Assembly: GCA_963782935.1 (NCBI GenBank) | Contig: CAWALN010000022.1 | Location: 75,531 to 139,530 of the forward strand | Source of the DNA: an uncultured Chloroflexia bacterium | GTDB taxonomy: Bacteria > Chloroflexota > Anaerolineae > Anaerolineales > Villigracilaceae | Length of the DNA stretch: 64,000 nt | Reading direction: 5' to 3' | In this document: piece by piece, positions 34,866 to 43,483 of the stretch | Layout: each line of letters starts with the position of its first letter | Numbering within the stretch: the stretch's first letter is position 1 | The notes under the pieces: generated by a model | The model's database searches: none | Told to the model about the DNA's origin: nothing | What the model saw: the letters and a program-made list of their open reading frames with translations, nothing else | Program-made: the position numbers and the translations under genes

Positions 34866-36415
34866 TCATTGAATAATGGAGTCAGATTACAGTTGCAATG
34901 TTTTTCAGCCAGCTGCTTAAAACTATCGGTGGTGGCGATTTTCCAGGCGAAGGTAACGGGATAATCGCTCATCAGGCTGTCGAAAGAAGCCTGCCCGATT
35001 TGCTGGCGGAGAGCCATAAAGAAGAATGGACCACGCCCATAAACGATGGCTACATACTCCTGGGCAGTATATCCCGAAACGGGTTCGCCAATGGGGATCT
35101 TTTTATCCTGAATGCTATCCCAGTTCCCCTGGATCTCCGCCTGGAAGGATTGGGCTGCCTGGCTTCCATGTTCATCAAGAAAATATTGCCAGGTCACAAA
35201 TTGAGCCAATGACTCATCCAGCCAGGGCTCTCTTTGGGTTTCATTTCCAACCAGGTTATAAAACCATTGGTGACCGACTTCATGGGCGATAACGTCCTCC
35301 ATGAACGGTCCACCGCCATATACCTCCTCTGCAATGACGGTCATCCCTGGAAATTCCACTCCTCCGGCTGATGTCACGATAGGAGCAACGTCGAATTCGG
35401 TATAAGGATAGGTGGAGTAGCGGTGGCTAAAATCTTCGAGAGCGTTCCTGGCGTCATCAAGGGCTTCCTGTCCAAATACATCCAGGCGGCTGATTGTGTA
35501 ACTATTTACGGTGATCTCTCCGACCTTTTCGGATTTTTTGTGAAAATCCTGGCTGGCGGCCAAATAGAAATCCCTGGCCGGGCCATCTGCATAAAGAACC
35601 TGCTGGCGGTCGCCTGTCTCTGACCGTTGGATTTCCACTCCGGAAGCCACCAGGGTCAAATTCTTGGAGGCATTCACGGACACAAGATAGAAACTGGTAT
35701 CGGAAAAAAGCGGATCACCATTCAGGTCGGGGGTTTTGTTATTCCAACCCTGCTCGTCATAAACCAGAATGGTGGGGTACGCCTGGGCCATAGAGAGAAT
35801 TGAATCGTTATATCCGAAAATTCCGTAATAATAGCCTCCACCCTGGTCCGGAACAGTAACTGCGAATTCAATGTGAAAAGTAATGGAAGTCCCCGGTTGA
35901 AGCGGAGTCTTGAGCGGCACTCGCATGATCCCGTTCTTATGGGTGACTTGCATGGGAACGCCGTCCAATTCGAAATTAACGATGGTTATGCTGCCGCCCA
36001 GGATTTCAGAAAACACGGCAAAATCAACTTCATTTAGGGCCGCATTCTCAGTATTGGTATAGCGGACTTCCTCCATTCCCTCAATTTGAGTGGGTGGATC
36101 GGAGAGATTGAAAGCGATATGGTAGACGCTTGCGCCGGGTAACCCTGAAAGGATCGCCTGGGAGGCCACGGCCAGGTTTTTCTTAAATGGAGAGCGATCA
36201 TTCCAATCCATGTTGAAAGGCGCATTGGCTGTGGATATGGATGGAGGCAGCGTGGCCGTTCGCGGAGTTTCAGTGCTATGAGACGCTGAAGGTGTAATTG
36301 TGGCTTCGTGGATGGGGAGGGCAGAGATTGGGCAACTGCATGCCAATAAAAGGAGGAATAAGAATGCGCACAAAAGTGTGGTTTTAAGCTTCATTCTTAC
36401 TGGTTTTCTTTCCAC
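34850..36415 (-). CDS. M1-family zinc metallopeptidase, lipoprotein-like
   Basis: HEVGHQWF ... WLDESLAQF (HEXXH-18-E). LLLACSC lipobox-like N-terminus. Confidence 0.8.
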   Translation of the reverse strand: MERKPVRMKLKTTLLCAFLFLLLLACSCPISALPIHEATITPSASHSTETPRTATLPPSISTANAPFNMDWNDRSPFKKNLAVASQAILSGLPGASVYHIAFNLSDPPTQIEGMEEVRYTNTENAALNEVDFAVFSEILGGSITIVNFELDGVPMQVTHKNGIMRVPLKTPLQPGTSITFHIEFAVTVPDQGGGYYYGIFGYNDSILSMAQAYPTILVYDEQGWNNKTPDLNGDPLFSDTSFYLVSVNASKNLTLVASGVEIQRSETGDRQQVLYADGPARDFYLAASQDFHKKSEKVGEITVNSYTISRLDVFGQEALDDARNALEDFSHRYSTYPYTEFDVAPIVTSAGGVEFPGMTVIAEEVYGGGPFMEDVIAHEVGHQWFYNLVGNETQREPWLDESLAQFVTWQYFLDEHGSQAAQSFQAEIQGNWDSIQDKKIPIGEPVSGYTAQEYVAIVYGRGPFFFMALRQQIGQASFDSLMSDYPVTFAWKIATTDSFKQLAEKHCNCNLTPLFNEWVTP

Positions 36416-37355
36416 TTTTCTTCCCTTTCGGCTTGTTCTGATCAGTTTCTTTTGGATCGCCTGTCACGAGATTGTACCCGGCCTTTTTGCTCCGGTACAT
36501 ATTCTGATCTGCCCGGTCCACCAGGGTCTTGACTGTATCTTCTTTACGGGCCAGGGTCATACCCATCGATACCGTGACGCTGACATTCTGATCCTCGATC
36601 CGCACGGCCGAGTACTTCACCAACGTAGTTAATTTCTCAGCCACGGAAGCCATTCCAGCGATATCCAATCCCATCAGGAGCACAACGAACTCCTCGCCTC
36701 CCCAGCGAGCCACGGTATCTTCCGAACGCAGATTGTTTTGGAGAGTATTTGTCACCATGGTCAAGATCTGATCGCCGGTTTTATGTCCATAAGTGTCATT
36801 GATCTTTTTAAACCCATCGATGTCGATAAAAAAGACGCCGAAAGGTATCCCTTGTTGTTGAAAAACCCAAAGAGCCACCTCCAGGCGCCGGGTCATGTAA
36901 CGCCGGTTCCAGATGCCGGTAAGATGATCCCGCAGGGCTGCATCCTGCAATCTGCGGACCTCGTGGCGGATGGAGATTAACTTGGAGTTATCGCTGAAGG
37001 TTTCGACTGCGCCAATGATCTCGCCATTTTCATTTTGCATCGGCATGGTCCGTACAATGATCGGGACCCGATGGCCGGTAGAGTGCTGCAGATAAATTTC
37101 TGCCTGGCGGGGATTCCCATCGAGGATGGTTGCATGAAGCGGGCAGCCTTCCAGGCAGAGTAGTGTCCCATTCTCGGTAACATGGTTGAGGATATTATCC
37201 TGGCAGAAATGTCCCTGCACTTGTTCGGCTTTGAAACCGGTGATGCGTTCAGCCCCCTTATTCCAATAGAGGATCTTTCGGTCGCGGTCGACAAAATAGA
37301 CGCCGTCAGCCAGGTTATCAAGTATTTTTTTGTAGGTGTCGTCAAGTTCTGTCAT
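36384..37355 (-). CDS. PAS-GGDEF diguanylate cyclase
   Basis: PAS-like N-domain. RWGGEEFVVLL active-site motif. Confidence 0.85.
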   Translation of the reverse strand: MTELDDTYKKILDNLADGVYFVDRDRKILYWNKGAERITGFKAEQVQGHFCQDNILNHVTENGTLLCLEGCPLHATILDGNPRQAEIYLQHSTGHRVPIIVRTMPMQNENGEIIGAVETFSDNSKLISIRHEVRRLQDAALRDHLTGIWNRRYMTRRLEVALWVFQQQGIPFGVFFIDIDGFKKINDTYGHKTGDQILTMVTNTLQNNLRSEDTVARWGGEEFVVLLMGLDIAGMASVAEKLTTLVKYSAVRIEDQNVSVTVSMGMTLARKEDTVKTLVDRADQNMYRSKKAGYNLVTGDPKETDQNKPKGKKSGKKTSKNEA

Positions 37356-37391
37356 AAATGAATTTCTACCAATAAAGGAATGATTCTCTTT

Positions 37392-38600
37392 TTATTTCGC
37401 CCGTGCTGCCGCAATGGCTGCCTGGATTTGATCAATATGTGAAGAAATATGGGGAATGGACCCATCCAGAAGCATATTTATGGTCAGGAAATAATCTGCC
37501 TTTCGGGAGATGAAATCTGGCGGCAGGGCAGCCGTATAGGCGACCATTTCATCTGCCAGGCGTTTCAGTTCGTCCAGTAGATTTCGGATGGTCTTGTATG
37601 CTGACACCGTCGCGCGGGTATGGATGGTGCTGTTCCCGGCCCAGTCGTCCGCAACCCGCGGGTACCCTCCGATCACGTCATCGAAGTTTTCCAGCCAATG
37701 GCGTTCATTGTGGATTAAATGAGCCAGGGTCTCCTTGGCACTCCATTCGCCCGGGGTTGGTTGCATGTCCGCTTCTGCCTCACCGACTCCATCCAGGGCG
37801 GATTCCAACGCAGCCAGGCCTGCGTCATATTTAGCTCGGACCGTTTTCGATAAACTGGCGGTCTCCCAGGGGATCTTTGGAACGGGGCGTTTCCCTAATT
37901 CCACCAGGACCGACAATTTCTCCTGGCCGCGAAAAAAGACAGCCTCCAACTTATCTCCGACTTGTTTCCCTTGCAGGGCAGTCAGGAGTGAATCGAAGTC
38001 ATTCGTAATGGGTTGGCCTCCCAGGGAGACCAGGACGTCATCCTTACGCAAGCCCGCCTTATAAGCGGCCATTTCCGTAGGCAGAAAATCAAGGCGAATT
38101 CCCGTCTTGACCGGCACACCCAGAGCCCTGGCGATCTCCGCGTTGAAATCGCTGATGTTGATCCCGATCATGGGTCGGTCAAATGTGCGTTTATCCAATC
38201 CGGTCTCAAGGACGTGAGCCAGGTTATCCAGTGTAAAGCCCCATTCTTGCCGGAAACGGGGGGCATTTTCCACCCAATAATCCCCTTCCGGAAGCGTCTG
38301 GGTTAACGAGACGAGTGTTCCGCCATCCGCTTTTTCCAGGCCCACCGACACTTCGGTGGAACATGGGTCGAGGCGGGCACGCCATTGGAAAACGATGGAC
38401 TTGTTGTCCTCCAGGGAGATGAATTCTCCGGCGGAATAGAAATCCCCATGCCACCAAAGGTACATGCGGCCTCTCGGACGCGGCGCCACGGTTGCAAAAT
38501 CACACATCCATTCGACCAACTCGGAGGCATGCGTAAATGCAGAATATACCCGGGCCGGAGGCGTCTTGACCAATTTCTCGGCTTTTACGATCGTGGCCAT
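37392..38600 (-). CDS. SRPBCC(AHSA1-like)-PDZ-DinB three-domain protein
   Basis: PARVYSAFT..LVEW N-domain, PDZ-like GIRLD..AGLRKDDVLVSLGG, and a DinB-like TLAHLIHNERHW C-domain. Confidence 0.55.
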   Translation of the reverse strand: MATIVKAEKLVKTPPARVYSAFTHASELVEWMCDFATVAPRPRGRMYLWWHGDFYSAGEFISLEDNKSIVFQWRARLDPCSTEVSVGLEKADGGTLVSLTQTLPEGDYWVENAPRFRQEWGFTLDNLAHVLETGLDKRTFDRPMIGINISDFNAEIARALGVPVKTGIRLDFLPTEMAAYKAGLRKDDVLVSLGGQPITNDFDSLLTALQGKQVGDKLEAVFFRGQEKLSVLVELGKRPVPKIPWETASLSKTVRAKYDAGLAALESALDGVGEAEADMQPTPGEWSAKETLAHLIHNERHWLENFDDVIGGYPRVADDWAGNSTIHTRATVSAYKTIRNLLDELKRLADEMVAYTAALPPDFISRKADYFLTINMLLDGSIPHISSHIDQIQAAIAAARAK

Positions 38601-39095
38601 TTAATTCCCAGCCTTCTCCAGTGGACGGTCGGGTTTCTTGGCCCATTCCAGGATATCATGGATGTGTTCTTCCTCGTGGTCCCGGAACATATCTACCAGG
38701 AAGGCTACGGTTGATTTTTCGCCCCAGGGAACGATAACCGGTTCTAGGAATTTATCTGCCGGCATTTGTTCGATAATGGTGCGGAGCACCTGGCGGGTGA
38801 GGCGCCATTCTCTCACGACCTGATCGTAATCCAGGTCCAAGCGAGTGGAGACGGTTCCGGCGTTATATTCATCCAGGCTCCGTATTGCCGGAACGGAAGG
38901 AGGCCGGTTGACCACATGGGCGCGGAGGGAATTGATCGTTGCATCATCCCAGCCGGTCATGTGGGCTAGCATGTGTTTGATCGTCCAGCCGGGATAGATC
39001 TCCTTATCCTTATCGATTGTAGGCAGGATTTTTTCAATGATTTCGCGGGTTTCATCCAGACGATTAAGCAGAGAGAGTCGTTCGTTGCCAGACAT
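38601..39095 (-). CDS. DinB-family protein
   Basis: 164 aa with a HMLAHMTGWDD four-helix-bundle His motif. Confidence 0.6.
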   Translation of the reverse strand: MSGNERLSLLNRLDETREIIEKILPTIDKDKEIYPGWTIKHMLAHMTGWDDATINSLRAHVVNRPPSVPAIRSLDEYNAGTVSTRLDLDYDQVVREWRLTRQVLRTIIEQMPADKFLEPVIVPWGEKSTVAFLVDMFRDHEEEHIHDILEWAKKPDRPLEKAGN

Positions 39096-39188
39096 ACCGC
39101 CGCCTCGATTCTTGTTGATTACCAGGGCTCAGAACTACTTCACATTGCGGCTAATTTTACTCCAATCGGGCTAATTCAACCCCGCTGT

Positions 39189-39971
39189 TCATACTTCCAC
39201 CTGGATGGCGCTGCCGCTTTCATAGCGCCGTAAACCCAGGTGGAATAGTAGGATCGCCAATGCCAAGAATACAATCGCGGCCAGGGCCATCTGGCCGAGT
39301 AATGACCATGAAAAGTCGCGCACAAATGAAGCCGGGACCGCCCCCATGAATGCAGCCGGGACGATGGTGAAAAGGATCAACCTGGCCGTCTGGTCGAATA
39401 AGGTAATAGGATAGAGGGCAAAGGTGACCATGGCATTGACTGCCAGGGCTGTAAAGTTACCTCCGGATCCCATCCAAAAAGCCAGGCTCTGGATAATGAC
39501 CAGGAAGGCGGTAAAGGTAACGGTCGCCAGTAATACTGCCAGGCAAAAGCGCGCAAGTCCATTAAAGGTGAATTGGCCTGAAGCCATAAAGCTGATGAAC
39601 CCATAGAGGAAATCGCCGGCGCTGCTGGGGACCGACCGGCTGGCCAGGACGTGTAAAAGAGTTGGCCGAGGCAGGGAGAGATAATAATCCAGCCGGCCTT
39701 TCGTGATGATATCTGCCAGGTTGAAGGCATTCCCGAAGAGCAATCCCGCCAGGCCAAAGGCTGATGCGGAGACTCCGAAGACGATGAACATGTCTGTTAT
39801 GCCCCAGCCGCGGATGTCTTTGAACCGGTCAAAGAATATGATCCAGACAACAAAATAGACACCGTCATTCAGGATCATCCCGATGGATTGGGAGATGAAA
39901 GCCACCCGGTATTCCATCGCCGAGGCCAGGTTGGTTTTCCAGAGTGAGAGGAGGAATTTGAATTCTCTCAT
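39189..39971 (-). CDS. ABC-2 type transporter permease
   Basis: 260 aa with about 6 TM helices. Follows the second permease and the ATPase in the same operon. Confidence 0.65.
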   Translation of the reverse strand: MREFKFLLSLWKTNLASAMEYRVAFISQSIGMILNDGVYFVVWIIFFDRFKDIRGWGITDMFIVFGVSASAFGLAGLLFGNAFNLADIITKGRLDYYLSLPRPTLLHVLASRSVPSSAGDFLYGFISFMASGQFTFNGLARFCLAVLLATVTFTAFLVIIQSLAFWMGSGGNFTALAVNAMVTFALYPITLFDQTARLILFTIVPAAFMGAVPASFVRDFSWSLLGQMALAAIVFLALAILLFHLGLRRYESGSAIQVEV

Positions 39972-39974
39972 GGA

Positions 39975-40761
39975 TCAGCCACCGTTGATTGCGAGCCGGC
40001 GCATCCCGCGTGAAAAGGCCAGGGCCACAATGCCGCCTAATACGGCCAGCCAGATGAGTTGGCCGGAGATGATTTGAATGAAAATCGGCAGGCTGGGTTC
40101 CACAAAGAGACGCGCCGGCCCGTACATCATGTAGGCAAATGGAAGCGATTTGGCTACCGATTGCAGCCAGAGTGGATAGAAATCCAGGGGGACCAGCATG
40201 CCTCCCAGGATGAATACCAGTTTTTGGTAGATCCATTCATAAGGAGCCACTTCCTCCGAGACAAAGGCAGACAAACCAATGAGAGCATTCACGCAAAAAT
40301 GCAGCAGCCACGCACCGGCCAGATGTCAACGCTGCAACCGGCCAGTTGACAAGACTCGGAGGAGGCCCGGCCATGACCCACACCAGCGCGCCTCCGACCA
40401 GAAAAAGCAACCCCATCCGCGGCAGGCTTTCCCCCAGCCCGCTGGCGAGCTGGTAGATCAGAAAATTGTAGGGTTTGTTGATCAGATAGGCGATGGAGCC
40501 GTCTTTGACCTGGTCCGAGATGACCCGGGCGAGGCGCGGACGCCCAAGTTCCAGCGTCTCGGCCAGCAGCAGATACCAGATGGTGTCTTGCAGAGTTAAG
40601 CCGTTAATGATCTCGGTGCCGGAGTTGCTGAAGACTATCCGCCATAATTGAAAGAAGACCCACATGAAGATCAAGATCATGCCCGAGCGCGCGATCAATT
40701 CCGCCGGGTAGGCCAGGCTGTTGAGCAGGTTGATCTGAAAGACGGCGTAATATTTCTTCAT
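39975..40761 (-). CDS. ABC-2 type transporter permease (frame break near 40280)
   Basis: MKKYYAVFQINLLNSLAYPAE.. continues in ORF 39975-40292. The start overlaps the fucosidase stop (ATGA). Confidence 0.6.
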
Positions 40762-42050
40762 GCCTTCAAGGTTAATTCCACCACAGGGACGATCACGTCC
40801 GGCTGTTTGACCGGCAGCCACAAAATCAGGTCTTCCGGGCGGATCTGCAACTGGTCTGTCTCCCAGGCCGGCGCCTCAATCCGGACCTCGCTGCCGTCAT
40901 GGAGGAAGCGGGCGTACTCCACTTTTCCTGCCAGCCCTGGCAAGGAGAGCATCCGGAACGGCCAGGCATAGAAGTGGACGTATATCTTGTTTCCGTTTTG
41001 GGTCAAACGGCAGTCCTGCGGGGCCTGATAATCGCTTTGATTGCAACCGTAAATGGCATCATTGTGAGTCGCCATCCAATCCCGGTAGACCCTTAAAGAA
41101 GCCTGGGCCCTAGGATCGAAGGTGCCCAGGGAGGTCGGACCTACATTCATGAGAAGGTTGCCGCCACAGGAGACGCAATTGATAAGCATGCGGATTAATT
41201 GACCCGGGCTTTTCCAGCTCTCCTCATCCCGGTGGTATCCCCATGAACCGGAAAACGTCTGGCAGGCTTCCCAAACGACCGGCTTCCCATTCACTTTGAC
41301 CCATTCGGTCGGCTGGACTTGTTCAGGTGTATGGACATCGGCCATCTCAGCCGGCAGATCCAGGCGGTTGTTCAGGATGATCCGCGGGCTGAGTTGGCGG
41401 ATCAATGCATGCAGCTTCTCGCTTTCCCACTCCAGGCGGCCCTTGCCGGGCAAGCCTTTATATCCATGGGTCGGATAAGAGAAATCGCACCAGAGGATAT
41501 CCGGTTGGAAGCGGGTCAATAACTCCTCCACCTGATTGCGGATATATTCGGCATAGCGCGGCATATGCCTTTCACGATTAAGGTCGGCCACATTTGGATC
41601 ATCCCGCAGCGGATGGAAGACATCGATGGGAAAGTCCGGATGGTGCCAATCCAGCAGGGAATAATAAAATCCGACTTTCAACCCTTCCTCCCGGAAGGCC
41701 TCCACGAAAGGCGCCAGCAGGTCCTTGCCATAGGCCGTATTGGTGGCCTTGTAATCGGTATATTGGCTGTCCCACAGGCAGAAGCCTTCGTGATGTTTGG
41801 AGGTGATGACCGCATATTTCATCCCCGCTTCGCGGGCCTGTCTGGCCCATTCACGGGGGTCGTAGCGGGTGGGATTGAAGCGGGCCAGATAGCGGGCCTC
41901 ATACACGTCCGGTGGGATCTTTTCGGTGGATTGGACCCATTCGTGCCGGGAGGCCTGCGAATACAGGCCCCAGTGGATGAACATCCCAAAGCGGTCTTGG
42001 ACAAACCAGCTCGTGTCACCTCGTGTCTTTTCCGGCATCTCCATATCCAA
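40758..42050 (-). CDS. GH29 alpha-L-fucosidase
   Basis: RFGMFIHWGLYS, ITSKHHEGFCLWDS, DILWCDF motifs. Confidence 0.85.
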   Translation of the reverse strand: MDMEMPEKTRGDTSWFVQDRFGMFIHWGLYSQASRHEWVQSTEKIPPDVYEARYLARFNPTRYDPREWARQAREAGMKYAVITSKHHEGFCLWDSQYTDYKATNTAYGKDLLAPFVEAFREEGLKVGFYYSLLDWHHPDFPIDVFHPLRDDPNVADLNRERHMPRYAEYIRNQVEELLTRFQPDILWCDFSYPTHGYKGLPGKGRLEWESEKLHALIRQLSPRIILNNRLDLPAEMADVHTPEQVQPTEWVKVNGKPVVWEACQTFSGSWGYHRDEESWKSPGQLIRMLINCVSCGGNLLMNVGPTSLGTFDPRAQASLRVYRDWMATHNDAIYGCNQSDYQAPQDCRLTQNGNKIYVHFYAWPFRMLSLPGLAGKVEYARFLHDGSEVRIEAPAWETDQLQIRPEDLILWLPVKQPDVIVPVVELTLKA

Positions 42051-42133
42051 CCTCCATCTCCCTTATCAATCTGCCCATCGACTGAGCGCCGGTGATTTAG
42101 TTGGGGCTATTTTAAATCAAGCGTTCAGTGTAA

Positions 42134-42156
42134 GAGCGGGCTAAAGCCCGCACTCC
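42134..42156 (-). repeat. GGAGTGCGGGCTTTAGCCCGC hairpin repeat, copy 2
   Basis: The reverse complement of gagcgggctaaagcccgcactcc matches the 17251, 52387 and 54792 family. Confidence 0.65.
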
Positions 42157-42185
42157 AATAGGGTGATTAGGTCACTGACCACTGT

Positions 42186-43193
42186 TTACTGAATACTGTC
42201 TTTCCCGTCTTCCCGCTGATAGATGGCACTGATGACCTCTTCCAACGGCGGATCGGACACGGTAATGTCGACCAACCGGCCGGCTGCAGAAAGCTGCGCC
42301 ATCACCTGCTCCACCGGGGTGGAGCGGGTGTCAAAACGCAATTTGGCGCCGTAGCGTTCCTTCCCGACTTTCAATGTTTCCGTCCCATGGATGTGGAAGT
42401 TTGCCGAAATCTGCTCGGCATAACGGACTTCGGCCAGTTTCCAGGTCAGGAAGGACCGCTTCAAGACCGAGACCTTATCCTGGTAGACGATCTGGCCGTG
42501 GTTGATGATGATCACCCGCTTGCACAGGGCTTCCAGGTCGCCTGCATCATGGGAGGTCAGCAGCACGCCTACATTTTCCACCTTCGCCATCTCGCGGATG
42601 GCATCCCGGATGTGCTGCTTGGCTACTACATCCAGGCCAATGGAAGGCTCATCCAATAGGAGCAATTTCGGCTTATGCAGAAGAGATGCGGCTACTTCAC
42701 AGCGCATGCGCTGGCCCAGCGAAAGTTTGCGGACGGGTATCTCCAGCAGGTCGCCGATCTCGAACGCATCTGCCAGGAGGCCGATCCGCTTCTTCGTCTC
42801 GGCATCCTCCATCTCGTAGATCTTGCCGAACAGGATGAAGGTATCCACCGCAGGCAGGTGGTACCAGAGCTGCGGCCGTTGGCCGAAGACCGTCCCGATG
42901 TGATATGCCAATTTCTGGCGCTGTTTCCAGGGGACATAGCCGAGGACTTTGGCTTCGCCGCCGCTGGGGAAGAGAATGCCGGTGAGGATCTTGATGGTAG
43001 TGGATTTGCCGGCGCCGTTCGGCCCGATGAAGCCCAGCAATTCCCCGGCCTCCATTTCAAACGAGAGGCCGCGGACGGCTTCGACTGTGCTGTATTCCGG
43101 CCGGAAAAGCGACTTGAAGCTGGCCTTTAATCCCCCGGCTTTGTGTTTAAGGCGGAATGTTTTAGTCAGATTTTTGACTTCTATGGCGGGCAT
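42186..43193 (-). CDS. ABC transporter ATP-binding protein
   Basis: GPNGAGKST Walker A, LSLGQRMR signature, LLLLDEPS Walker B. Confidence 0.85.
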   Translation of the reverse strand: MPAIEVKNLTKTFRLKHKAGGLKASFKSLFRPEYSTVEAVRGLSFEMEAGELLGFIGPNGAGKSTTIKILTGILFPSGGEAKVLGYVPWKQRQKLAYHIGTVFGQRPQLWYHLPAVDTFILFGKIYEMEDAETKKRIGLLADAFEIGDLLEIPVRKLSLGQRMRCEVAASLLHKPKLLLLDEPSIGLDVVAKQHIRDAIREMAKVENVGVLLTSHDAGDLEALCKRVIIINHGQIVYQDKVSVLKRSFLTWKLAEVRYAEQISANFHIHGTETLKVGKERYGAKLRFDTRSTPVEQVMAQLSAAGRLVDITVSDPPLEEVISAIYQREDGKDSIQ

Positions 43194-43483
43194 ATCTTAT
43201 TATACTTGACCCGTCCCGAAGGTTTTTGCGGCGTCTATGCAAGACTAGCATGCCGCCGTAGGGGCACGAGATGCCAAAATCGGCACGATGTCTCGTGCCC
43301 TTACAAAGATATGGCCTGACTTATCGAATGCAAGAGGCCTCTTATTTTGGGTCGGTTCATCAAGCACGCGGATCTCTGTATCGTGAAAGCCGTATGACGA
43401 AGATTTGCACCAGTTACGAGCGTGAATTAGGGTTCCGAGGGATCGTTGGACCCAAACAACGAGGTTCAAAAACCCTTTGACCA

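Noticed and set aside
43370-43430. agccgtatgacgaag... resembling group II intron domain V next to the IS.
   Set aside because: No complementary 3' strand forms the 34-nt domain V hairpin. There is no GUGYG 5' end and no reverse-transcriptase ORF.
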